Shown: positions 53,215-64,000 of the stretch, piece by piece | How the letters are laid out: each line of letters begins with the position of its first letter | Numbering within the stretch: position 1 is the first letter of the stretch | From: Macrostomum lignano | Taxonomy: Eukaryota | DNA: 64,000 bases | Direction of reading: 5' to 3' | NCBI GenBank assembly: GCA_002269645.1 | Contig: NIVC01001541.1 | Span: forward strand, 186,001-250,000 | Notes under the pieces: generated by a model | Database searches by the model: none | What the model was told of the DNA's origin: nothing | The model's input: only the letters and a program-made list of their open reading frames with translations | Position numbers and translations under genes: made by a program

Positions 53215-53525
53215 TAACTAAACTAAACTAAACTAAAACAAACTAAACTAAACTAAACTAAACTAAACTAAACTAAACTAAAACAAACTAAACTAAGCTA
53301 AACTAAACTAAACTAAACTAAACTAAACTAAACTAAAACAAACTAAACTAAGCTAAACTAAACTAAGTTAAATTAAACTAAACTAAACTAAAACAAACTA
53401 AACTAAGCTAAACTAAACTAAGTTAAATTAAACTAAACTAAACTAAACTAAGTTAAATTAAACTAAACTAAAACAAACTAAACTTAACTAAATTAAACTA
53501 AACTAAAACTAACTAAACTAAACTA
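53215..53525. repeat. (AACTA)n microsatellite
   Basis: Direct. Confidence 0.95.
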
Positions 53526-54062
53526 GGCCACGTGAAATTAGCAACAATTTCGGAGAAGCCATCACCAAAGCTCTGGCCAGAGAGAGAGAAATTCCCTTTT
53601 ATTCAAAATCCCAGAACACTGTGAAGTCGGCTGGCACACTGACGCAGCCCGGCTCTGCTAGGAGGTTCATTCCAAGATTTACGGTTACCTATGCGCAAAA
53701 ATTTACGGAAGAGATCCAACCAGCGAGACAAAGTCAAGTTAATTGGCACGAGAGACGCAGGTTCGAACCTGGTCCTGTCACGACAGTAAATTGGCACTGT
53801 ATTCATTGAGTACAGTATTTATTGAGGCAAGCAGATCTAAACAGGCACTGTGAAAACAATCACAAATTTGATATTGAATTGACTTTGGTACGATGCTGGA
53901 TGCAATCTTCAGAAACCGATTTTGAGTCAGAATATCTGTTTATCTGTGTAATTGTTGGGTGTAAAAGGCATTTTGCTTTTTTTAAAACTCATTTGACACA
54001 AATCTGCGTATTTGATAGGCCTGGGCACCGGAGATCCGCAGAGCTCCCAAGGCGGTCATATC

Positions 54063-54836
54063 CTAGTCGAATGGGTTCACGCACTCGCACAGAGCTCTGA
54101 CCCAAGAGGCTCCGGACTCCACTTCGTCGTCCAGGCCGAAGCTGCTGGAGTAACCGTACCAAATGTTCGTCCGGTTGTGCAGACCGTTCTCATTCGGCTC
54201 GCCGCTGCCCCACGCCTCGGGCTGGATGGTGGCGTTGCAGTCGCGCCAGTACCAGGTGCCGGAGCTGAGCGGGGAAGGCCGGTAACCGCCCAGGTAGAAG
54301 CTGCGCATCCACGAGCTCAGGTCTCCATTGAGGGTGGACTTGAAAGTACCGATGTGCTCAACTTCCGGCCTGTCGCCTGCGTCAGCGAACTTGACGAGTC
54401 CGGGCTCCGAGTTGCACTTGTTGAGGCCGTCCGTCCAGCTCGACACGCCGACCATCTTGTAGACGGAGCCGGAGAAACCGTTGGCGAAGCCGGCAGGGCA
54501 GAGCTGGCCCTCAGGCAGGCCCGGCTGCTGCCTCACGAAAGCCCACTCAGAGCGGGTGCAGGGCGAGTTCTGGTTGACTCTGTGGCTGCACCTGTCGAAC
54601 TCGAAGGTCTGGCAGCCGGAGGCGCTCTCAGTTGTCAGCCGGAAGCCGCGGCACCGGTCGCCTCTCTCCACGCAGAATAGCGCGCAGAGCTTCTCGCTGC
54701 GGGCCGGGTAACTCGGCTCGAACAGGAACTGCGGTTTCAGGCAAAACCGGATGAGCCTGTGAGTGAAGACGGTGCGGTTCGGGCACAGGCTGTCGCCCGC
54801 TGTGAACAGGGTGAGCAGGAGCAGCTCCGTGAGCAT
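54063..54836 (-). CDS. Secreted PAN-like + C-type lectin protein, copy 4 (257 aa; EPN; divergent N-domain)
   Basis: ATG at 54836 gives signal-like MLTELLLLTLFTAGDS. The CTL half is near-identical to copy 2. Confidence 0.85.
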   Translation of the reverse strand: MLTELLLLTLFTAGDSLCPNRTVFTHRLIRFCLKPQFLFEPSYPARSEKLCALFCVERGDRCRGFRLTTESASGCQTFEFDRCSHRVNQNSPCTRSEWAFVRQQPGLPEGQLCPAGFANGFSGSVYKMVGVSSWTDGLNKCNSEPGLVKFADAGDRPEVEHIGTFKSTLNGDLSSWMRSFYLGGYRPSPLSSGTWYWRDCNATIQPEAWGSGEPNENGLHNRTNIWYGYSSSFGLDDEVESGASWVRALCECVNPFD

Positions 54837-55935
54837 TCTGACGGTACCGTGTCTGTGTGGAATACCTCTTGTCCTGCTGGGATTCTTAATTACTTTTTGA
54901 GCAGTAGGCTTGCATTGGGATGACAAAGTTAACGCGTAGGCGGCGTCGTCCAATCGGCGTTGAGGCTTGCGGTGTTGCCTTGTCACTGAAAAAGAAGAGC
55001 TTTTTCCTGTTGCACCGGAGACGGCTAAAAAGCGAGTGTGTTAAGAAAAAGTGCAAAATTTTTGCTATGGTGATGAGGTTTTAGCTTGCAAGAACGGCAT
55101 TGTTTTTGAAAACTAGTCACAGTTTATACAAGCGCCCTTAACTTTAGTGGAAGTGGCAGTCATGCCTTCCATTTGCACTAGCAGAAAGGAGAGTCGCTAG
55201 AACTCTAATCAATAGAGTCTCGTCAGCAGTTGCAGACAAAGAAAAGTTTTGGGCAGCCTCTCGACAGACAATATAACTAGCAGGGTCCGCTGGAAACCTA
55301 CACGGCGGCTAGGGAAGACGAGCATTGTTTCTCCATGAGGGCCCCGAGTGCTGCCTGCATGAAGGACGGCTCTCTGGCTTTCTGAGAAAGTAAAAAGCGC
55401 CAAGCGCGTGTTCCGGTGCAAGTCAATGTCAGGAAAAGTGCATCTGAATTTCTGCCACGCCAGCGCATTACAACACACCTGAGAGCTTTTTCTCGTGGCT
55501 CCCATTCCTGTTTTTTCCAGCATGATTTCGGCCGCTGTGGCAGCTGCGAGGAGGCAGGGTGAGTCTGTTTTGTGCTTTGCACACTTGCTGAGCGAGCAGC
55601 GAGGACTGCCATCTTAGCGTAATAAAAGGCCAAAAGGCGACTCCAATATTACACTTGTCTCAGCTGAACACAAAAACTGGGGTTGGAAAGTTGTCTTCGT
55701 TGTGCTTTGGCCTGAGTACTGAGGCACTCGCAGTCATTGTTCAGCTTGGGCATCACGCCACCTCTTGCCCGACTCCCTCACCTCATCAGTTGGCACAATT
55801 CGCGAGCACTTTCGGCTTCACTTCAAATGCAAAACAACTAAAAATGCGAGCCCAGCAGCAGAGCGTTGAGCCAAAACAAATTCTGCAAATTCGAAACCAA
55901 AGACGGCAGGGCAACGGCACCCGAGCAGAGCAGCC

Positions 55936-58451
55936 ATGGAGCAGGACAATCGGGTGGCGGAGTTCGCACTGCACTATGCCACGGTGCGCGCCTTCGCCGA
56001 GGACCGGCGCTGCCAGGCCAAGCACTGGGCGCGTCGCTACTTCAAGCTGGGCGCGGAGGCCCGGGGCCTCACTGTGACCAGCAGGTCAATGAGATTCCCG
56101 CCTGAGAAGGGTGACAGGAAGTCCTGCGAGTTCGTGTCTCACTACCTGGGGTTCAGAGCGAACTCGCTGGTGCTGCTCAGGAAGGCTGAGGCTCTTTTGA
56201 TGGAGCTGCCTCTCAAAGGTGTAAGTGGCATTGGACTGTCTGTTTTCAGATGATTAGAGTAGTCTGATGTTCAGATGATAAGATGATTAGACTGGTTTGT
56301 CAGGTGTCAGACTGGTATGTCAGGTGTCAGACTGGTGTGTCAGGTGTAAGACTGGTTTGTCAGGGATCAGACTGGTGTGTCAGGTGTCAGACTGGTGTGT
56401 CAGGGATCAGACTGGTGTGTCAGGTGTCAGACTGGTGTGTCAGGGATCAGACTGGTGTGTCAGGTGTCAGACTGGTGTGTCAGGGATCAGACTGGTGTGT
56501 CAGGTGTCAGACTGGTGTGTCAGGTGTCAGACTGGTTTGTCAGGTGTCAGACTGGTATGTCAGGTGTCAGACTGGTGTGTCAGGTGTCAGACTGGTGTGT
56601 CAGGTGTCAGACTGGTATGTCAGGTGTCAGACTGGTTTGTCAGGTGTCAGACTGGTGTGTCAGGTGTCAGACTGGTATGTCAGGTGTCAGACTGGTGTGT
56701 CAGGTGTCAGACTGGTGTGTCAGGTGTCAGACTGGTTTGTCAGGTGTCAGACTGGTTTTTCAGGTGTCAGACTGGTATGTCAGGTGTCAGACTGGTATGT
56801 CAGGTATTAGACTGGTATGTCAGGTGTCAGACTGGTATGTCAGGTGTCAGACTGGTATGTCAGGAGTCAGACTGGTATGTCAGGTGTCAGACTGGTGTGC
56901 CAGATGTCAGACTGGTATGTCAGGTGTCAGACTGGTATGTCAGGTGTCAGACTGGTATGTCAGGGGACAGACTGGTATGTCAGTTGTCAGACTGGTATGT
57001 CAGGTGTCAGACTGGTGTGTCAGGTGTCAGACTGGTAGGCCACGTGTCAGACTGGTAGGCCACGTGTCAGACTGGTATTTCAGGGATCAGAATGGTATGT
57101 CAGGTATCAGATTGGTGTGTCAGGTGTCAGACTGGTGTGTCAGGTGTCAGACTGGTGTGCCAGATGTCAGACTGGTATGTCAGGTGTCAGACTGGTGTGT
57201 CAGGTGTCAGACTGGTATGTCAGGTGTCAGACTGGTGTGTCAGGTGTCAGACTGGTATGTAAGGTGTCAGACTGGTATTTCAGGGGTCAGACTGGTATTT
57301 CAGGGGTCAGACTCGTATTTTTCAGGGGTCAGACTGGTATTTCAGGTGTCAGACTGGTATGTAAGGTGTCAGACTGGTATGTCAGGTGCCAGACTGGTGT
57401 GTCAGGGATCAGACTGTTGTGTCGGAGGCCAGACTGGTGTGTCAGGGATCAGACTGGTGTGTCGGAGGCCAGACTGGTGTGTCAGGGGTCAGACTGGTGT
57501 GTCGGAGGCCAGACTGGTGTGTCAGGGGTCAGACTGGTGTGTCGGAGGCCAGACTGGTGTGTCAGGGATCAGACTGGTGTGTCGGAGGCCAGACTGGTGT
57601 GTCAGGGGTCAGACTGGTGTGTCGGAGGCCAGACTAGTGTGTCAGGGGTCAGACTGGTGTGTCAGGGGTCAGACTGGTGTGTCAGGGGTCAGACTGGTGT
57701 GTCGGAGGCCAGACTGGTGTGTCAGGGGTCAGACTGGTGTGTCGGAGGCCAGACTGGTGTGTCAGGGGTCAGACTGGTGTGTCGGAGGCCAGACTGGTGT
57801 GTCAGGGGTCAGACTGGTGTGTCAGGAGTCAGACTGGTGTGTCAGGGGTCAGACTGGTGTGTCGGAGGCCAGACTAGTGTGTCAGGGGTCAGACTGGTGT
57901 GTTGGAGGCCAGACTGGTGTGTCAGGGGTCAGACTGGTGTGTCAGAGGCCAGACTGGTGTGTCAGGGGTCACACTGCTGAAACCATGGCAACTCAAACGC
58001 TGGCACCGCAGCCATGCGGAGAGCGGTTGACCCTGCACAACACGTCGGTGAGCAACTTTGTGGCCTGGGGCGGCTGCTGCTCCGGCCTGCTGACTGACGG
58101 AGTCGAAGAGACAAACCCGCCTGACCACGTGCTGGATGAGGCCAACTGTAAGCCCGCTTTCTGAGCTTAGGAGTAAATAAATCTTTTCTTATACAGAGCT
58201 GATCCAGTCTGCAATCCAACCCTCGCTCACACCAGCCGATATCATCTGCACGCCTTTCTTGATGGCCAAGATCCACCTGTTCTACGGCGGGCCAGAAAAG
58301 GAGGTCCCGGGCTCGACTCTGCCAGATGAAGACATGCCAAGCGAAGTCGTCCAGAACCTGACAGATGCCTGCGATGGCATTCCGCTGACCGGGGCTCAGC
58401 GAATCCACCTGGTGAGCTGCTCAATCAGATAGCTTTCATCAGAATTTAATC

Positions 58452-58536
<85 letters not shown>

Positions 58537-61500
58537 GTCACTGTTGCAGACGCACGCCATCCTGCAAGACATCAACATCGGCCCGGAGCTGCGGTCCCGG
58601 ATGCGCCGCATGGGGCCGGACCAGTTCTTCTGCAGCGAGCAGGAGAGCTGCCGCTACTGCAGCGGCCTGCGGGAGCGACTGGAGTCTGAAGACGAGTCAG
58701 AGCCAATCTGTGAGGAGTTTTAATTGACTCAATGCGTGCTTAGCTTAGGCTGTGCTTTCCAAAATATCAAAATATCAGATAGAATCAGGCCTATAAGCAT
58801 TTGCCAACCCCTGTGAAGGCCTGGAGTACTTGCTCGAGTCGAACATCTTTGCTGACGCCTTCGCCATGCACGACAAAACTCGGGCAAAATCCAAGTGCTG
58901 CACCTGCGGCCCCAGCTGCTGCTGCTGCCTCTGCCTGAGCCCGCTCGGTCACGCGGTCGAGCCCGAGACCACCGCGGCAAGCAAGCCCAGACTGGACCTG
59001 CGGCTGCGCCTGCGGAAAACCTGGGACTGCTGCTGCCGCTTCCAGCCCATCAGCCTCATCAGGCTGTACTTCGGCGAGAAGATGGCCTTCTACTTTGCCT
59101 GGGTCGGCTACATCATCTGGAGTCTGCTCTTCATCACCGCCTTCGGGCTGGCCTGCCTGATATACGGACTGGTCTACGCGTGAGTGCGCGGCTGCCCAGG
59201 GTGGCTCGCTGTCATGGGGTTTCTGTCACGAGCTCGAAATTTGACACCATTGAAGCGCTAATTATTTCACAAGCTAGAAACTTCACAACGTTGAAAACTC
59301 TATAGCAAGTGACTTTTATGACTGATTTGCGCTGTAGCGCCACCTGGCGTTTGTCCATCCCCCCGCCTGGCGTGTTTGCGTCCCCCCCGCCCCACCCCTC
59401 CTCCTCGTGTTGGTACTTCAATTTGATGATGTATTGAAAATGTATGCTTCAGACACTGTATTGGAAACGGCAATCTTATCATCTTGACGTCCCTTGCGAT
59501 AGAGTTTTCGACGTTCGGAAGGAAGTTGCTTTTGACGTTGTGAAATTTTGAGTTTGTGAACCGCCCCCGCCCCTGGTCACAGCTCTGTACATGTTTCTAC
59601 AAAGCTCTAATGCTGCAGCCCAACTTGCCTTCCAGCTCCAACAATTATGTCGCCTCGTCGGAGAAATTTCTAAACAGCACTGGTGGAAATGCAAACCAAT
59701 TTTCTACTGGCAGCAAGTGAGTCAGGCAGATGATTGACAATTTCCCTATGTAGATTATAGCGTCTCTTTAGAGCTGCTAAGCCAACGTGTTGAAGGCAGG
59801 GGCGCAGCCAGGATTTCCTATTGGGGGCACGTCTCTGGGGGGGGCGCCAAGCCTGCTGGAAAAGAGGGGGGCCAAGCCTGCTGGAAAAGAGGGGGGGGGC
59901 CAAGCCTGCTGGAAAAGAGGGGGGGCCAAGCCTGCTGGAAAAGAGGGGGGCGCCAAGCCTGCTGGGAAAGAGGGGGGGCCAAGCCTGCTGGGAAAGAGGG
60001 GGGGCCAAGCCTGCTGGGAAAGAGGGGGGCCAAGCCTGCTGGAAAAGAGGGGGGGGCCAAGCCTGCTGGAAAAGAGGGGGGCGCCAAGCCTGCTGGGAAA
60101 GAGGGGGGGGGCCAAGCCTGCTGGGAAAGAGGGGGGGGCCAAGCCTGCTGGGAAAGAGGGGGGGCCAAGCCTGCTGGGAAAGAGGGGGGGCCAAGCCTGC
60201 TGGAAAAGAGGGGGGCGCCAAGCCTGCTGGGAAAGAGGGGGGGCCAAGCCTGCTGGGAAAGAGGGGGGGCCAAGCCTGCTGGGAAAGAGGGGGGCCAAGC
60301 CTGCTGGAAAAGAGGGGGGCCAAGCCTGCTGGAAAAGAGGGGGGCGCCAAGCCTGCTAGGAAAGGGGGGGGCCAAGCCTGCTGGGAAAGAGGGGGGGCCA
60401 AGCCTACTGGAAAAGAGGGGGGGCCAAGCCTGCTGGAAAAGAGGGGGGCGCCAAGCCTGCTAGGAAAGGGGGGGGGCAAGCCTGCTGGAAAAGAGGGGGG
60501 GCCACTGCTGGAAAAGAGGGGGGGGCCAAGCCTGCTGGAAAAGAGGGGGGGGGGCCAAGCCTGCTGGAAAAGAGGGGGGCCAAGCCTGCTGGAAAAGAGG
60601 GGGGCCAAGCCTGCTGGGAAAGAGGGGGGACCAAGCCTGCTGGGAAAGAGGGGGGCCAAGCCTGCTGGGAAAGAAGGGGGGACCAAGCCTGCTGGGAAAG
60701 AGGGGGGCCAAGCCTGCTGGAAAAGAGGGGGCGCCAAGCCTGCTGGGAAAGAGGGGGGCCAAGCCTGCTGGAAAAGAGGGGGGCGCCAAGCCTGCTGGGA
60801 AAGAGGGGGGGCCAAGCCTGCTGGGAAAGAGGGGGGGGCCAAGCCTGCTGGGAAAGAGGGGGGGCCAAGCCTGCTGGAAAAGAGGGGGGGCCAAGCCTGC
60901 TGGAAAAGAGGGGGGCCAAGCCTGCTGGAAAAGAGGGGGGGGCCAAGCCTGCTGGAAAAGAGGGGGGCCAAGCCTGCTGGAAAAGAGGGGGGGCCAAGCC
61001 TGCTGGAAAAGAGGGGACGCGGCTCTCTTGCCCCCCCTCGTTGCCCCCTCCCTAGCTACGCCCCTGGCTGAAGGAGTCACTAGTGTGGAGAAACAAAGCG
61101 CTAAGAAAGAAAATTTACCTTCAAAAACACTCCGCCCGATCTCAGACTGTCGATATTCATGGTCAGCTTGATGCAGTTCATCCGACTTGTGTTTGAGAAC
61201 GAGCTCACTATTGTGTTCGGCTGCGTGCTCAGCCTGTGGAGCATGACCACCACCGAGACGTGGCGCAAGTACGAGAGCAGCCTGAGCTACCGCTGGGACA
61301 TGAACAACCAGCTGTTCGCGGAGAGGTCGCTGCCGAACCGAGCTGTGCTCGTGCGGTGCTGCTGCCGCATGGTGAGTCTGAGCAGCTCACTGGTGCCTGC
61401 GACACTTTCGTAACCAAGGCCTACTGCAGAACACGTCAGAGTTGTGAAGACTCGGGTTCCAAACGAATTCTCTGTAGCAACCATAGCATAAACTGGGTTT

Positions 61501-63833
61501 TACAGAAAAGTATCAAGGAATCAATTTTTTGTTATTGTACTCGTACCATGACCTTTGTGCACGCTGGGAACTTATTCTTGCCTTTTAATGCCATAGACTA
61601 CGAGGGGTGCGCAAAAAGTTTTGGCAACTGGGTTCCCAATTGCAGATAAATTGTTAGTAAATCTTAAAACGTTATTAAAGTCCTTCAATGTAATCTCCGC
61701 CACGTTCTATGCATTTCTGGTGACGGCGGATCCATGCCTCGAAGGCAGCGCGGTACTCTGAAGCTGGCATGGTGTTCAGCTCTGAATTAATGCGGCGAGC
61801 CAGGTCTTGGGGCCGCTGAAAATGGCATCCAGCCATGCGTTCGGTCAGCTTCGGGAATGCCCAGAAGTCGCAGGGTGCCAAATCAGGACTGTACGGAGGG
61901 TGCGGTATCACTTTGAGCTTGTTATCGGCCAAAAAGCTCGTTGTCATGGCCGCAGTGTGGCTGGAGGCATTGTCGTGGTGCAAGTGAATTCTGCCACTTT
62001 GGAGGCGGGTTGGCTGCTTTTCCATGACTGAAGCCACGACTTTAGGCAAAACCTCGCCAGTATAGAACGTGGCATTGACGTTCTGTCCATTTGGCACCAT
62101 AACAACTGTCTCTGGCCCGTTGATGCTGAAAAAGACGACGAACATCTGCTTCCTTGAGCGAAACCCTGGGCGCAGAACAGTTGGACGGTCTTCATCGGAA
62201 CCAATCCAAACCTTGTTTTGGTTCTTGTGAGGCACTTGGAAGTAGTAGAACCACTTCTCATCACCAGTCACGACATCAGTAAGTCGTTTAGTGCCACCTT
62301 CGCCGAAGCATCGCAGAAATTCTTGGCTGCATCGAACCCTCTCCTGCTTCTGCTCTGCTGTCAGTGCATGAGGTACCCAACGGGCCGTGACCTTGCGGAG
62401 GCCAAGATGGTCATGCAAGATGGTTCGGACACTGCCATCAGAAATGCCGATTGTCTGGCTAAGTAGTGCAACAGTGATATTGCGATCTTCGTCCACCAGC
62501 TGTCGCACAGCAACAATGTTCTGCTCGGTCACGGATGTCATTGGCCTCCCAGAACGAGGGCTGTCGGTCATGGAGCGTCGACCAGCACTGACCAATTCAA
62601 TCCAACGGGCGACGGTGCGGTACGAAGGGGCTTGATCTGCTACAACTTGGACTAGCTCGGCATGAATTTTGGTGGCATTTTCTCCGAGCTGCGATCGCAT
62701 GAAAACATAAAATCTCCACTGATCAGCAGTGATATTTTCCATTTGAAGGCTGAAAACGAGACTGTACGTTAATCAAAATGCTCTAGGAAGCGAAAAAATC
62801 AATGCAATGAGCTGAAAACTTATGGACAAACGCAAAATATGGTCATATTTATGAGATTAAAATGGCTACGTTTAAACGTTTATTTAAAAAGGAGCCAGTT
62901 GCCAAGACTTTTTGCGCACCCCTCGTACATTTAAGCCCGCTTCGTCCCCTCACCATGGATGAATGAATAGAATGGATTGCTATTCTGGCTGAGCTGGCTA
63001 TTTTCGTTTTTGACTCTTTTGCATCCGGTTCCCCCCCGTGCCTTTTCATTGGTTGATGGTTGCCATGGACAATTTTCGGCCTTCGCCCCTTTCTTTCGAT
63101 GCACAAGCGCAAAGAACTGAGAATTTCAACAAAGTTCAATTTCAACACAAGTAACTTCTATTTACTAACAAGAAAGCGCTTGTGCATCGAAAGAAAGGGG
63201 CAAAGGCCGAAAATTGTCTATGGCAATCATCAACCAATGAAAAGGCACGGGGGGAACCGGATGCAAAAGAGTCAAAAACGAAAATAGCCAGAGCCAGAAT
63301 AGCAATCCATTCTATTCATTCATCCATGCCCCTCACCCCCAGCAGGGGCTTCGCCCCCACACCCCCATCCTCAACTTCAACCATAGACATACAAGTATGG
63401 CTCCGGGATTTATCTGAATACATCCCGCTAAATTAATGTAGTTTAAATAAGATATTCTATGTGTTTTTCGGGCGGTATTTCACTCTCGGGATTTAATCAC
63501 ATACCGACCTCAAACCCATGGAATATCTTATACTTATGCTTAATTAGGCGCCCTCTGATTTTCCCATTAACGCCCTTAAAGCATGGGTAAATCATTGGTA
63601 AATCAATGTACTATTATGAAAGACTAAAATTCTAAAAGCCATAGCAGCTTGAAGCAAGTTGGAGCAGTTTAATAAGGTGTGACATGTTGCATCTTTCTTA
63701 CTATCAGAGTGTCTCGGCCTCTAAACCTGACCTTAAAAATGCTAATCTCGCCACATTCCCTCAACAGTCAACTGGTCGACACCAGACGGACTGCTTGCGT
63801 TGTCTCGGTGGCTTTTCGTTGATCTTCACCTGC
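55936..63833 (+). CDS. Anoctamin/TMEM16-like protein, paralog 3; first 7 exons, continues beyond window
   Basis: Exons 55936-56220, 58012-58147, 58236-58411, 58550-58709, 58819-59179, 61146-61371 and 63768-63833 sum to 1410 nt, open, with the same phases as paralogs 1/2. Motifs: KAEALLMELPLK, QPISLIRLYFGEKMAFYFAW and WRKYESSLSYRWD. The choice of exon-7 acceptor is uncertain. Confidence 0.85.
56283..57970. repeat. 20-bp minisatellite (GTCAGACTGGTGTGTCAGGT and variants), anoctamin-3 intron 1
   Basis: About 84 units. A 40-bp higher-order alternation appears in the 3' third. Confidence 0.95.
58450..58537. repeat. (ACAG)n microsatellite, anoctamin-3 intron 3
   Basis: Direct. Confidence 0.95.
59216..59568. 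mobile_element. Degenerate foldback MITE related to 37246-37639
   Basis: The arms match as inverted repeats (AACGT(T/C)GAAAACTCTAT(A/C)GCAAG; GGGG..TCAC.A.CTC.AAATTT). Confidence 0.6.
59797..61066. mobile_element. hAT-like MITE inflated by an internal ~28-bp minisatellite (GCCAAGCCTGCTGG(G/A)AAAGAGGGGGG)
   Basis: TIRs CAGGGGCGCAGCCAGG / CCTAGCTACGCCCCTG (14/16). 8-bp TSD GTTGAAGG (59789-59796) / GCTGAAGG (61067-61074). Confidence 0.82.
61601..62925 (-). mobile_element. Full-length mariner (Tc1/mariner, DD34D) transposon, 1325 bp
   Basis: 31-bp TIRs CGAGGGGTGCGCAAAAAGT(T/C)TTGGCAACTGG (61601-61631, 62895-62925; 1 mismatch) flanked by TA on both sides. Confidence 0.97.
61675..62742 (-). CDS. 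Mariner transposase, intact, 355 aa
   Basis: Motifs WVPHAL, VTGDEKW, HHDNASSH and YSPDLAPCD, with 34 residues between the second and third catalytic Asp. Confidence 0.97.
   Translation of the reverse strand: MENITADQWRFYVFMRSQLGENATKIHAELVQVVADQAPSYRTVARWIELVSAGRRSMTDSPRSGRPMTSVTEQNIVAVRQLVDEDRNITVALLSQTIGISDGSVRTILHDHLGLRKVTARWVPHALTAEQKQERVRCSQEFLRCFGEGGTKRLTDVVTGDEKWFYYFQVPHKNQNKVWIGSDEDRPTVLRPGFRSRKQMFVVFFSINGPETVVMVPNGQNVNATFYTGEVLPKVVASVMEKQPTRLQSGRIHLHHDNASSHTAAMTTSFLADNKLKVIPHPPYSPDLAPCDFWAFPKLTERMAGCHFQRPQDLARRINSELNTMPASEYRAAFEAWIRRHQKCIERGGDYIEGL
62954..63328. mobile_element. Foldback non-autonomous element with ~155-bp inverted arms and 8-bp TSD (P- or hAT-like)
   Basis: Arms 62954-63110 and 63176-63328 start CATGGATGAATGAATAG. 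CCCCTCAC is duplicated at 62946-62953 and 63329-63336. Confidence 0.88.
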
Positions 63834-64000
63834 GTGAGAGCCTTGATAGTTACAGTTTGATGCGGAAAAGTGGCGGCAATTTTTACTCTGTATTCACATG
63901 CTAAAGCTTTGATAGTCTTTTGATAGAGGGACTGATGTCTGGTACTAGCGGGATATGCGCTAAACCATGACCTCATCAACTTTAAGAGATTGCCGGCGCA

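Noticed and set aside
61419-61649. Calling anoctamin-3 a truncated pseudogene at exon 7
   Set aside because: A complete in-phase 66-nt exon with good splice signals exists at 63768-63833, so the gene can remain intact.

Overview
Eukaryotic (metazoan) genomic DNA with GC-rich, GC3-biased exons and introns packed with mini/microsatellites. This style suggests a Macrostomum-like flatworm (inference only). From left to right: (1) the last three exons of an LDL-receptor-family gene (YWTD propeller, EGF, TM); (2) a complete 16-exon anoctamin/TMEM16-like gene (7159-21678); (3) a frameshifted two-exon WSC+PAN secreted-protein pseudogene on the minus strand; (4) a second complete 16-exon anoctamin paralog with identical intron phases (26575-33563); (5) a minus-strand array of four intact intronless signal peptide+PAN-like+C-type-lectin genes plus decayed relics, showing mosaic (recombinant) structure; (6) the first seven exons of a third anoctamin paralog, whose introns carry a hAT-like MITE with an internal minisatellite, an intact mariner and a foldback element. 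Also present are two tRNA-headed SINEs, several MITEs, a four-copy dispersed hairpin element and about 35 tandem arrays. Most long ORFs in the supplied track are repeat artefacts. Exon boundaries were derived by hand from GT/GC-AG sites, phase continuity and paralog alignment. No database search was possible.
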